From NCBI GenBank assembly GCA_030390025.1, contig CM059432.1, forward strand, positions 68,388,001-68,452,000: DNA of 64,000 bases, in the 5' to 3' direction. The DNA comes from Squalus acanthias (taxonomy: Eukaryota). A program made the position numbers and the translations under genes. Position 1 is the first letter of the stretch, and every line of letters starts with the position of its first letter. Under the pieces are notes generated by a model that was not told the DNA's origin, did no database searches, and saw only the letters and a list, made by a program, of their open reading frames with translations. Positions 46,331 to 59,356 of the stretch are shown here, piece by piece.

Positions 46331-46779
46331 TATAAATAATATATCACTGCCAGATGTTGCAGATTCAGACCCAATCTGTCTCAGCAACATTTGTTTCCGA
46401 AACTTCTCTCAGCAAAAACTTATTTTGTCAGTGAGCCACTCAACCTCTCACAGCTCATGAAGCCTCTCACTGTAAGATGTAGGTCTAACGAAGATCACTG
46501 AGATGCTGAAGACCTAATACAATCAGAACAGTATCAGAATCAGAGCTAATTTTGCTGATGTACAGTTGTAATATTACTGGTAAATTCTGCTAAGAACAGA
46601 AATAAATAGCTTGTTTAAATACATTGCTTGTTTAAGTATCTCTCTCTTAGTTTACCAACGTGCAACTATATGATATAATGGGGCTGATTTTTGTCTACTA
46701 GTGCAAATCAAATCTAAATGGTTAAACACTGATGCTAATCCCATCAAAACAGTTAAGTGCTAATCTCACTCATATTTAT

Positions 46780-47432
46780 AGATAAGGGCATAAAATAGCT
46801 AATGGAATATTGGGTTTTCTGGCAAGAGGTATAGAATATAAAAGGTAAGATGGTGTAATGCCGTAATGATGTAATCAGTATAAAACTTTAATAAGGCCAC
46901 AGTAGGAGTACTGCGTGCCATTTTGGGCTCCACATTATCCGAAGGATGTTGGGCAGATAAAGAGGGTGCAGCATAGATTCACTAGGATGTTGCCTGGTAT
47001 GAGGAAATACAAATACTGAGAAAGACTTGAAAAATTGGTGCTGTTTTAGTTAGAACAGAAGAGATTATGGCATGATTTGATAGAGGTGCTTAAAATTATG
47101 ATGGATGGAACAGAGTAGGTAGGAACAGACTATTTCCAGTGATTAAGGGTTGTAGAACAAAAGGAAATAGATAAAAGATTAAATGTAAGAGATCTAGGAT
47201 GGCGAGTAGGAGAAACCTTTTTATACAGAGAATTGTGAGGCTGTGGAATGCACTGCCAGAGCTAGTGATTGAAGCTGAGACGGTGTCAACATTTAAGAAT
47301 AGGTTAGATAAGTGGTTGAAGTAAAGGGGAATAAAGGAATACGAGAATTGAGTGGGCGCATGGGATTAGGACTACTGATTGTGTGGAGGATAAACACCAA
47401 CATGGACTAGTTGGGCCAAAAGGCCTGTTTCC
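46780..47432 (+). mobile_element. Old 5'-truncated CR1
   Basis: ANGILGFLARGIEYK...[12 protein letters not shown]...WNALP remnants and a CR1 3' UTR. Confidence 0.8.
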
Positions 47433-47855
47433 ATTAAAATGCTTCTGGCACTGAATAGTCATTCGTAGAGTGGGTGACACATCACTGACTGCTTGAGTCA
47501 CTTCCCTTCAAACTGCATGAAATGTCTTTTACTGGGATTTCCTTTTCTGGAATACTAAAGAGACTTTCTCTTCTTGCCCTTATCTCTGCCAACATAACCT
47601 CAAACACAGCTTTGGAATATCTCATGCTTTGGCCATTGCAGATCCTTTTGTTGTTGCTTTTCCTTCTGTATTGGAATTGGTACTTGAGCTGTAGCTCTAG
47701 CCTTTGTTGCAGGTAGATCCAACTTCCTTCACTTCCAACAGCAGAAAATCAGTCAGGAATGGGCTTCCCAATCTAACCCCACCCTGAATACTAAATTAGC
47801 CTCCCATCTAGAAACCGTAGCAGGCTCACACGGGTGAGTGGAAATTTCAGCCCAC
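47433..47855 (-). mobile_element. Old Harbinger end with a Myb/SANT exon-1 remnant
   Basis: Minus strand MRYSKAVFEVMLAEIRARRESLF...EVTQAVSDVSPTLRMTIQCQKHFN. TIR-like AAATTTCAGCCC at ~47842-47853. Confidence 0.6.
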
Positions 47856-49299
47856 CATTTCTCTTACAGAGAAATACAAACTTTTCCATTTACGTTTGAA
47901 TTTAGATTAAGCAGGCCAGGATTTTTCTACGCCTAGGAAGTTACCTATCTCAATTTGTATGTGTAGCATGTATGCATGCTTGACATTTATCAAAAATAAT
48001 TTGATGGATGTCAAGTGTGTATATGTATGGTACCCAGGAATAGGAATATTTGTAAGAGTACAATCTCTGAAATATTTGATTACAGATGAGATACACCATA
48101 TCCTATATTGAAGTTCAAGTAGCCACTCCCAGGAACTATATCCTCCAGGTGACACTAGTGCCTGCTATTGCTTTGCTATTGGGAAGTCTGATACCATTGT
48201 CTTGGACCCCCAACACTAACTGTATGCTCACCATCGACTCCATCCCAGTGAAGTGTGCCCATTTGGGAAGTGAAAATCCTGTTTAAATGACAGAATGTCT
48301 CTCTTTTTCCATAATTATTGAGCCAAGAAGCAACCATGGGAATAGATGGCTTTATAACTTGTGATTTCTGAGAATACAATTTTTTTAAGTGGGCTAGTTA
48401 TTATGAAGAAAAACAGGCTTTTTTTTGTTAAAATAGGAACTACACATCAATGAAATAATAATCAATTATCTTCTAGTGCAAAGTCAGGAACTGAAATGAC
48501 TCACCATTCAATTACAATTAGTTTTCTTCGGTGAACAGTTTCTTTATTGAGTTATTAAGAACCATGCTAATTAATAACATAATGTCATGGGATACACTGC
48601 TCCACAGTGAAATCTGTCTGCAGTCAGTGATCTCGTTGTGGCTATAGAATAAATTACGAATTTGCGTTCTTCCAGTTCAGAACTTGCACACCAGGAGTGA
48701 AAAGTGGGAATTTGGGAATTTGAAAAGACCCTCCAGGATTTTACGTCCATTAAAATTAATGGATGAAAATCCTGTGGGGCACCATGACCACCGGGTTCAA
48801 ATTCCTGATATCCCAATGTTCAAAGCCCATAAAATCTACCCTTATGTCTCAGATGAGCCCTGATTTTCGGGTCCATGCATGTACCCAGCATGAGGTCGGT
48901 GTGGCAGGATTAGCACCTGCCTGATTGGACGAGTTCCGATTGCTGAAGAACTTTTGCAGGTCACCTCATTTTAATAAACGGAGCCAGCACCTGGCCCATA
49001 TTGCGAGAAATTGGGTACAGGTCCTGACTGGAAACTTTAAAGGGATGCAACAGCTACATTCTTAGGTCTTTTCTACTCTTCTTTACTCTTGATTTTTCAG
49101 CTCTGGTATCTAGATCAGTATTGTAAGTCCCATCTCCCTGTGACTTCACTAGCCTTAATATGTAGGTCATCTTTTTGTAACACACCCAGGATGATAATAG
49201 TAATATTATTAATAACAACTTATATAGTGCCTTTAACATAAACATATGTGAAATAGTGTTCAACATTAATTCGTCAATTGAGGTGCGGAATGTTAGCTG

Positions 49300-49800
49300 G
49301 TAATTAGCAGGAAGTTTCCTTGGTCTTATTTGACCTGAAGCCATAATATTTCATAGGGTTTGGAGTCAATGTTGAGAACAGCCAGGGCCACACCCATCTG
49401 ACTGTATACCACAGAGCATCTCTGGCAGGTCTATCCTGCCAGTGGGACTGAACATACACAGGGCTAGTCATGGAGCAGTCTGAGATGTTGGCTGATAAGT
49501 ATGACTCTGTGAGTATAACTATGTCAGGTTGTTGCTTGACTAGTGTGTAGGGCAGTTCGCCCACCTTGGCCACCAGTTAGTGAGGAGGACTTTGCAGGGT
49601 CAACTAAGCTGGGATTGCCTAAGTCTTGTCTTGGGTCATTTCTAATAGGTCCATCTGATATTTCTCTTATGATTCCATTCAGTAACAATGATTTTACACC
49701 TGAGTGGCTTGCTAAGCCACTTCAGAGGGCAGTAGGCAATATCAGGTGTCAGGGGAGGTGGGGGGAGGCAGGATCTCATCAATGAAGGACATTAGTGAAT
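49300..49800 (-). mobile_element. LINE endonuclease N-terminal fragment
   Basis: GELPYTLVKQQPDIVILTESYL...SHWQDRP, an APE N-terminal motif. Confidence 0.6.
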
Positions 49801-51186
49801 AAGCTGGGTTTTTACAACAGTCCGGCAGCTTTGATGATCATTTTTCATGATGCTAGCCTATAAGATTTACTGAATTCCATTTCACAATTTACCATGGTAG
49901 GATTTGACTGTTTTAGCCACTCTTAAAACATGAGACAGAGCCAGTTAGCTTAATATCTGTGATAGGGAAAATTTTACAGTCTTTAATGAAGGATGAAATT
50001 ACCACGTATCTAGCTAAAGAGAAAATAGTTAAATGTAGCCAGCATAGATTTCAAAAGAAGCGATTGGGCTTATCAAATCTGATACAATTCTTTGAGGAGG
50101 TAACAGACATGCCAGATGGGGGAAGTTAAATGAATGCAGTGTACATGGACTTTAGGAAAGCTTTTGACAAGTTACCACATGGGAAATTACTGGAGAAGAT
50201 TAAGAGGTAATGAAATTAGGAGAACAATTGCAAACTGGATTAAACATTGGTTAGCAGAGAGAAAACTTGGAGTAGGAGTTACATGTGTTTTTTTAGAGTG
50301 GTTGCAAGTGGGTGGTGGTGTTCCACAGGGTTCAGTTCTGGAACCACTTCTGTTCACTGTGTATAGCAATGATTTTTATATTGTCCTAGAGGGAGTGGTT
50401 TCCAAATGTTCAGATCATACCAAAGAAGACAAAAGGAAGCTGCAAAGAGATATTGATAAGGTGGGGGAATGGCTAAAAATGACAGACATAATTCAATGTC
50501 AGTGAGTGCCTGGTGATGCATTTCAGTAAAACACATAACAGCAATAATTATACTCAGAATGAGATATAGGCTCGGTGCTGTGGAAGGGCTGAGGAATTTG
50601 TAGGTACAGGACATTAAAGGCAACACTTCAGGTTGATAAGCTGTAAGAAAAGCTAATGAGATACTTATTTTATCTCAAGAAGTATAGGCCTAGAAATTCG
50701 AGGGTTTAGCACCACCCATTACAGCCAGATTTGGACGAAAAAATGGCAGCCGCCTCTCTTCCACCCGCTGCCGGTGGGTCCAGTGGTGGCCACCATTTTC
50801 AGATGGCCGGCAGCACTGCCGATATCCATGCTCTCTAGGGATATGTAGATTATGCAGATCATGACGTCAGTGAGTGTGCAACGCTCACTTGACACCCGAT
50901 ATGCGAGTTTCTGCCACTCCACTTACAGGCATGCCTTAACTGCAATGAGCTGAGTAAACAATGACAAGCAGGAAGGAGGCTCCAGCAGTGGCATCTAAAG
51001 GGATCATCAGCAACAACTTGCAGCTGACATGTTTCTGCAGTTTGACTGACTCTGTGCAACTTTCTGTAACTCCAGCAGCTTTATTAACTTCTTTCAAGGT
51101 TCTAAGGTAACAGGGAGTGTTGTTGCAAGTGGAGAACGCCTTCATTCTTATTTAAAGGCTTCTGCTCACAACACTTGCTCACAGTC

Positions 51187-52355
51187 ACGGGGGCTCTAAT
51201 GACAGTCCCCCTTATGCTCAAGTATATTCAGGAGAGGGAGCGCAGGGAGCGAAGAAGACAAGACAATGTACATAGAGGGAGGAGGAGGAGGGCAAGGAGG
51301 TTTCTCAACAAGAGGCCTTACACATCTAGGGTCTTCCGGGAGCACTTCTCTTAAGTTCAGTTAAGCGAGGAGCAGTATATTAGGAGGCTACGCTTCATCA
51401 AGGAGGTGGTCACAGAACTCTGCCACCTCCTGCAACCAGACCTGGAGCCTGAGAGCAGGGTGAACATGGCTCTCCCAGTGGCAGTCAAGGTCACTGTGCC
51501 CTTGATTTCTTCGCCAGCAGATCCTTCCAGTCTGCAGCAGGAGACATAGCTAACATCTCACAGTTTGCCGTCCAGCACTGCATCCGGGAGGTCACTGAGG
51601 CTCTCTACACCAGGAGAAGGGATTATGTTTTCTTCTCTCTGAGCAGAGAACAACAGGACGAACGTGCATGTGGCTTTGCCAGGATAGCAGGCTTCCCCAT
51701 GGTGCAGGGTGTCACTGACTGCACCCACGTGGCTTTGCGGGCGCCGTATAACAATCCTGAGATCTTCCATAACCACAAAGGCTACCACTCACTTGGTGTG
51801 CGACCACGCCCAGTGCACCCTATTGGTCAATGCCTGCTATCGTGGCAGCAGACATGATGCTTTCATCCTGCGTCAGTCCGGTGTGCCAGCAATCTTCCAG
51901 CCACCACATGAAACTCAAGGGTAGCTGCTCGGAGAAAAGGGCTACCCACTCTCCGCCTGGCTGATGACTCTCACTCCGATACCCCACCACTCGTGGCCAG
52001 CACTCATATAATGAGAGCCATGCTTCCACCAGGAACATCATCAAGCAAACCATTGGGCTACTGAAGCAATGGTTCCGCTGCCTTGACCGCTCGGGAGGAC
52101 CCTTCCAGTACTTGGCGAGCAGATGTCCCATTTCATGGTGGTCTGCTGCATGCTCCACAACTTGGCCATCATGAGGGCGCAGCCCTTGTCACCAGGGATT
52201 GCGGGACCACCTCAGGAGGAGAACGAGAGAGATGAGGAGGAGGAGGAGGAAGAGGAGCAAGAGGAAGAGGACGAGGAGGGAGGGAGGAGGAAAGCAGCCA
52301 ATCCTCCTTCTGGATGGGCTGTCCATGAACACCTCATCAGACTCTGATTCCAATG
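51187..52355 (+). pseudogene. HARBI1-like DDE transposase, disrupted
   Basis: GFPMVQGVTDCTHVALRAP...HKGYHSL...VNACYRGSRHDAFILRQS...GEKGYPLSAWLM...IKQTIGLLKQWFRCLDRSGG...CCMLHNLA plus an acidic tail. The start codon reads ACG, and there are stops and frameshifts. Confidence 0.9.
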
Positions 52356-53042
52356 AATGAAACCCCAGATCTCAATTGCTCACCACATCCCCATCATACC
52401 ATCTCTCTGTCACAGAATATCACAACGTCCTCCTGGGCACAAAGCTGAAATGAGAGCCACCACAAAAGATTCCAAACAAAATGAATAAATTCATCCCAAG
52501 TCAATTGATACATAGTTGCACTTACATATTAACTAATCACCTTTGTGCAATCCCTTAGTGCCTGTCATTCGTGTGCCCTTTCCTGATCTAGTGCTCCTCC
52601 AAAATGCTCCCCCAGTGGCTGCAGCATGGCTGGTGGAAGGCTGCTGAGTTTCCATGGGGGAGACTTCAGATGGCCTCGCAGGATGACCTTGAGCAGCTCT
52701 GGCCCCAGAAGGTCCGGCTGTAGACTGCACCACCTCGGCATGGGGCGGCAGCAGTCTGGGCTGGCTGGCTGACAGGCAGCGGCAAGAGCAATGGCAGAGT
52801 GGCAATGGTGGGAACAGGAATGCTGTCATCTGAGAGGGGACAGCAGGGTCCCGCTCCACGGAGCCACTGCCACTCCTTCAGGGCAGCACTTCAGCATTCC
52901 TAGCAATCTGTTAGAGTACAGATTGCTGGGCTGCTGTGACATAAGAACATAAGAACATAAGAAACAGGAGCAGGAGTAGGCCATTCGGGCCCTCGAGCCT
53001 GCTCCGCCATTCAATAAGATCATGGCTGATCCAATTTTGGCC

Positions 53043-56000
53043 TCAACACCACTTTCCCACTCTCTCCCCATACCCCTTGACTCCCTTGTAGTTCAAATAT
53101 CTGTCAATCTCCGCTTTGAATATATTCAATGACTCCGCCTCCACAGCTCTCTGAGGTAGAGAATTCCAAAGATTCACGACCCTCTGAGAGAAGAAATTCC
53201 TCCTCATCTCCATCTTAAATGGACGACCACTTATTCTGAAACTATGCCCCCTAGTTCTAGATTCCCCCACTAGGGGAAACATCCTCTCAGCATCCACCCT
53301 GTCAATCCCCCTCAGAATCTTGTATGTTTCAATAAGATCACCTCTCATTCTTCTAAACTCCAATGAGTATAGGCCCAACCTGCTCAACCTTTCATCATAC
53401 GTCAACCCTTCATCCCAGGAATCAACCGAGTGAACCTTCTCTGCACTGCCTGCAATGCAAGTATATCCTTCCTTAAATATGGAGACCAAAACTGTACGCA
53501 GTACTCCAGGTGCGGTCTCACTAGCACCCTGTAAAGTTGCATCAAAACTTCCCTACTTTTATATTCCATACCCCTTGCAATAAAGGCCAACATTCCATTA
53601 GCCTTCCTAATTACTTGCTGTACCTGCATGCTAACTTTTTGTGTTTCATGTACTAGGACCCCCAGATCCCTTTGTACCGCAGCATTTTGTAGTCTCACTC
53701 CATTTAAATAATAATTTGCTTTTTCATTCTTCCTTCCAAAGTGGATAACCTCACATTTTCCCACATTATACTCCATCTGCTAAATTTTTGCCCACTCACT
53801 TAATCTATCTATATCCCTTTGCAGACTAGGGCTCAATTTTGTCAATGGGGACGTGATGGAGGCGGGACTCCCATTTTTTGGGTTGTAGTCCTGCCTCCAT
53901 CGACTTGTGGCCAACCCACTGTATTTTCCCTTGATTGACCTTGTTAAGCCCGCCCAGCGGGCTTAGCAGGCCAATCAAGGGTCCCTTGGATACAGGTGAC
54001 GCCAGCCATTGAAATTTCATCTGTCAAGAGCTTTTGACAGATGAAATGTCAGCGTTTGACAGCTCTGTGAAGCTGTTAAACACTGACAATATGATTTCTA
54101 ACTTGAGTCCCTGTACTTAGACTCAGTTAAAAATCAATCCAGCACAGAAAGCAGAGACTGCAGCTTTTGACAGCTCCGCGGCCATTCTGCTTTCTGTGCC
54201 GTGGATGTGAGGGACTCCCGACACCTTAAGGAAGCTAGCCTGCAGGACAAAGTTAAGGTAAGTAAAAGTTCTTAAAACACTTTACATACACCAAACACAC
54301 TTACCTCTGCACTCATGCATCCATCACTCACCTGCACACCGAACATCTCGACCCCTCCAAGTCCTCCAGACCGACGGTCCACCTCGCTAAATTGGCGTGG
54401 TTCAGACCTGTCGGGAAGCCCACACTTCAGGGCTAAAAATAGGGATTAGGCAAAAAACTGCCTGTTAATTACCTGTTAACAGGCAGTTTATTGGCACTAA
54501 TCCCCTTCCCGCCTCGGGGAGGCGGGTCCCAGCACAGGTCGGGTACCCGCCTCCTGGGAAACTGGCATGGAGGCGGGTTGGGGGCGAGATGGGTTCGGGA
54601 CCCCCGAAAATCTGCTATTTTCACACCACTCCCGCCTCCAAACCCGCCTCCACGGGCCGATGAAAATTGAGCCCTTTGTGTCCCCCTCACAACTTGCTAA
54701 CTCACCTATCATTGTATCATCAGCAAATTTGGCTACAGTACACTCGGTCCCTTCATCCAAGTCATAAATATAGATTGTAAATAGTTGAGGCCTCAGCACT
54801 GATCCCTGTGGCACCCCACTAGTTACTGATTGCCAACCGGAAAATGACCCGTTTATCCCGACTCTCTGTTTTCTGTTAGTTAGCCAATCCCCTATCCATG
54901 CCAATATGTTACCCCCAACCCCGTGCGCTCTTATCTTGTGCAGTAACCTTTTATGTGGCACCTTATCGAATGCCTTCTGGAAATCCAAATACACTACATC
55001 TGCTGGTTCCCCTTTATCCACCCTGTTTGTTACATCCTCAATGAACTCTAGCAAATTTCCCTTTCATAAAACCATGTTGACTCTGCTTGATTGTCTTATG
55101 ATTTTCTAAATGTCCTGCTATTACCTCCTTAATAATGGATTCCAGCATTTTCCCAATGACAGATGTTAGGCTAACTGGCCTATAGTTTCCTGCTTTCTGT
55201 CTCCCTCCTTTCTTGAATAGTGCCGTTACATTTGCGGTTTTCCAATCCGCTGGGACCTCTCCAGAATCCAGGGAATTTTGGTAGATTACAACCAACGCAT
55301 CCACTATCTCTGCAGCCACTTCTTTTAAGACCCTAGGTTGCAGACCATCTGGTCCAGGGGACTTGTCGGCCTTTAGCCCCATTAGTTTGCCTAGTACTTT
55401 TTCTCTAGTGATAGAGATTGTTTTAAGTTCCTCCCTCCCTATAGCCCCTTGATTATTTATTATTATTGGGATGTTTTTAGTGTCTTCTACCCTGAAGACC
55501 GATCCAAAATAATTGTTCAGAGTCTCTGCCATTTCTCTATTTCCCATTATTAATTCCCCAGTCTCATCCTCTAAGGGACCAATGTTTACTTTAGCTACTC
55601 TCTTCCTTTTTATATACCTGTAGAAGCTCTTACTGTCTGTTTTTATATTATTTGCTAGTTTACTTTCATACTCTATCTTCTCTCTCTTTATAATTTTTTT
55701 AGTCATCCTTTGCTGGTTTCTAAAAACTTCCCAATCCTCTGGCCTACCACTAATCTTCGCAACATTGTATGCCTTTTCTTTCAATTTGATACCATCCTTA
55801 ACTTCCTTTAGTTAGCCACGGATGGTGCATTCTTCTCGTAGAGCCTTTCTTTCTCACTGGAATATACCTTTGCTGAGATTTATGAAATATTTCCTTAAAT
55901 GTCTGTCGCTGTTGATCTACCGTCTTACCCTTTAATCTATTTTCCCAGTCCACTTTAGCCAACTCTGTCCTCATACCCTTGTAATTGCCTTTATTTAAGT

Positions 56001-56700
56001 TTAGGACACTAGTTTCAGACCCAAGTTTTTCACCCTCAAACTGAATTTGAAATTCTACCATGCTATGATTACTCTTTCCTAGGGGATCCTTTACTATGAG
56101 ATCATTAATTAATCCTGTCTCATTACACATTACCAAATCTAAAATAGCCCGCTCCCTGGTTGGTTCCTCAATGTATTGCTCTAAGAAACCATCCCAAATA
56201 CACTCTATGAACTCATCCTCAAGGCTACCCATGCCAATTTGATTTGTCCAATCTATATGATGATTAAAATCGCCCATGATTATTGCAGTACCTTTCTTAC
56301 AAACCCCATTATTTCTTGATTTATACTCCGTCCTACAGTATAGCTACTGTTAGGGGGCCTATATACTCCTCCCACCAGTGACTTCTTACCCTTACTATTT
56401 CTTAGCTCCACCCAAACTGATTCTACACCTTGAGCTTCTGAGCCAATATCATTCCTCACCACTGTACTGATCTCATCCTTTATTAACAGAGCTACCCCAC
56501 CTCCTTTTCCTTTCTGCCTATCCTTCCGAAATGTCAAATACCCCTGAATATTCAGTTCCCAGTCTTGGTCACCTTGCAACCACGTCTCTGTAATGTCTAT
56601 CAGATCATACCCATTTATTTCTATTTATGCCATCAACTCATCTATCTTGTTACGAATGCTGTGTACATTCAGATAAAGAGCCTTTAATTTTATCTTATCA
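53043..56700 (-). pseudogene. CR1 ORF2 (APE endonuclease + RT), frameshifted and MITE-interrupted
   Basis: [78 protein letters not shown]. Confidence 0.92.
53829..54674. mobile_element. Harbinger-type MITE (846 bp) nested in CR1 ORF2
   Basis: Perfect TIR GGGCTCAATTTT / AAAATTGAGCCC. CR1 rejoins across it. The TSD is not clean. Confidence 0.85.
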
Positions 56701-56926
56701 TTTTTCCTTACTCTGACTCTATTTTCTGGTGCACTGTTATGCTTGTACGCTTTGCCCCTTCTTGATACATTCTGGTTATCATTACCCCTGTCGTTGCCCT
56801 GAACTATTGCCTTCTCCTTTCTCTTTGCCTGCCTAAATACCCCTTCACCTGAACCCCTATCTTCTATTTCCAGCTTAGCTTTTCTCCCTTCTGATTCTAC
56901 CCTCAGGTTCCCATTCCCCTGCCAAG

Positions 56927-57871
56927 CTAGTTTAAACCCTCCTCAACAGCACTAGCAAAACCCCCCGCAAGGATATTGGTCCCGTTCCCATTGAGGTGCA
57001 ACCCGTCTGGCTTGTAGAGGTCCCACCTCCCCCAGAAACGGTTCCAATTCCTCAGGAATCTAAAGCCCTCCCTCCTACACCATCTCTCCAGCCACGCATT
57101 CATCTGCTCTATCTTCCTATTTCTGTACTCACTAGCACGTGGCACTGGTAGATTACTACCTTTAAGGTCCTGCATTTTAATCTCTTTCCTAGCTCCCTAA
57201 ACTCTGCATGCAGGACCTCATCCCTCTTTCTGCCTATGTCGTTGGTACCGACATGGACCACGACCTCTGGCTGTTCACCCTCCCCCACAGAATGCCCTGC
57301 AGCCGTTCAGTGACATCCTTGACCCTGGAACCAGGGAGGCAACATACCATCCTGGAGTTATGTCTGCGGCCGCAGAAACGCCTGTCTGCTCCCCTAACTA
57401 TTGAATCCCCTACCACTATTGCTCTCCCTCTCCTCTTCCCCCCCTCCCACCTTGTGCAGCTGAGCCTTCCATGGTGCTGTGGACTTGGCTCTGGCTGCAC
57501 TCCCCAGAGGAACCATCGCCCTCACCAGTACTCAGCACCGAATACTGGTTGGTGAGCAAGATGGGCTATGGGGACTCCTGCACTACCTGCCTGGTCCTCC
57601 TCTTCTGTCTGGCGGTCACCCATTCCCTCTCCACCTGCACATTCTTAAGCTGCGGGGTGACCACCTCCCAAAACATGCTATCCACGTAGCTCTCAGCCTC
57701 GCGGATGCACAGCAGTGACTGCAGCCGCCGCTGAAGCTCCGTAACCCGGTGCTCGAGCTGCTGTAGCTGGTGACACTTCCCGCACATGTGGTCGTCCAGT
57801 CCACGGGAGGTGTCCAGGACTTCCCACATGGCACAGGATCTGCATTCCACGGGTGTGAGCTGCCCTTCCAT
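56927..57871 (-). pseudogene. CR1 ORF1: Cys-rich/coiled-coil N-terminus plus SGNH/GDSL esterase-like domain
   Basis: ECRSCAMW...CGKCHQL, RAIVVGDSIVRG, VCCLPGSRVKDV and KPDGLHLN motifs, spread across frameshifts. Confidence 0.88.
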
Positions 57872-58339
57872 ACCTCTACTTAACAGACTATTTACTAACC
57901 TAGCTGGAATAAACTTAAAACTTTAAGAAAGCCAAGTATAAACACTTACCAGCTACTCACCAATCAGCTCCCTCCCCTTGTGTCGATATCACTTTTTGAC
58001 TTCTGACGTCACTCTTTCAAAATTTTGCCGGTGCTGAGTTGGTACCGCCGCCTCGCCGCTCCTTCTAGGTCCGCACTGCCACCGCCGCTACTCGCTCTGG
58101 TCTCGGGCCTCGGGTCACCTCTCCTTTTATCCCCATTGCTCTCGCCGCTCTCGCTGGTCCCGCTCTCGCCGCTCTCGCTGGTCTCGCTCTCGCTCTGGTC
58201 TCAGGCCTCGGGTCACCTCTCCTGTTATCCCCACCGCTCTCACCGCTCTCGCTGGTCCCGCTCTTGCTCTGGTGACACCCTGCAAGCCTCGGTCAACAGT
58301 AGTAAACCCAGCTTTAGTGGCATCAAACTGAGACTGCAT

Positions 58340-59356
58340 ATAAGAACATAAGAACATAAGAAATAGGAGCTGGAGCAGGCCATTTGGCCCTTCGAGCCTG
58401 CTCTGCAATTCAACAAGATCATGGCTGATCTTCTACCTCAACTCCCCCTTCCCGCACTATCCCCATATCCCTTAATTCCCTTTGTTCTCAAAAATTTATC
58501 GACCTCTGTCTTGAATATACTCAATGACTGAGCATCCACAGCTCTCTGGGGTAGAGAATTCCAAAGATTCACAACCCTTTGAGTGAAGAAATTTCTCCTC
58601 ATCTCAGTCCTAAATGACCAACCCCTTATTCTGTGACTGTGACCCCGTGTTCTAGATTCCCCAGCCAGGGGAAACATTTTCTCAGCATTAACCCTGTCAA
58701 GCCCCTTAAGAATTTTATATATGTTTCAATTATATCACCTCTCATTCTTCTAAACTCCTCAATCTCTCCTCATAGGGCAAACCCTCATCCCAGGAACCAG
58801 TCTAGTGAAGTTTTGTTGCATTCCCTCTAAGGAAAGTATGTCTTTCCTTAGGTAAGGAGACCAGAACTGTACACAGTATTTCAAGTGTGGCCTCAGCAAA
58901 GCCCTGTATAATTGTAGTAAGACTTATTTACTCTTATACTCTAATCCCTTTGTAACAAAAGCTAACATACCATTTTCTTTGCTAATTGCTTGCTGTACCT
59001 GCATGTTAACTTTCTGTGATTCATGTATAAGGACATCCAGGTCCCTCTGAATGCAAACATTTCCCAGTCTCTCACCATTCAAAATATATTCTGCTTTTTT
59101 GTTTTTCCTACCAAGGTGGATAACTTCACACTTCCCCACATTGTATTCCATTTGCCATGTTCTTGCCCACTCATTCAACCTGTCTATATCTCTCTGCAGC
59201 CTCTTTGCGTCCTCCTCACAGCTTACTTTCCCACCTAACTTTGTATCATCAGCAAACTTGGATACGTTATACTCAGTCCCTTCATCTAAGTCATTAATAT
59301 AGATTGTGAATAGCTGAGGCCCAAGCACTGATCCTTGCGGTACCCCAGTAGTTACA
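58340..59356 (-). mobile_element. 5'-truncated CR1, TSD GCAT
   Basis: (TTCTTATG)n tail at 58340 and [13 protein letters not shown]...KFADDTKL. GCAT at 58336-58339 and 59357-59360. Confidence 0.9.

Larger units (their letters stand above)
52942..58271 (-). mobile_element. Full-length CR1 LINE, TSD GTGACA
   Basis: (TTCTTATG)n tail at 52942, then ORF2, ORF1 and a GC-rich repetitive 5' UTR. GTGACA at 52936-52941 and 58272-58277. Confidence 0.93.

Noticed and set aside
51187..52355. Domesticated HARBI1 or NAIF1/MSANTD host genes
   Set aside because: Multi-copy, flanked by TIRs and TSD, and full of stops and frameshifts. These are transposon copies.
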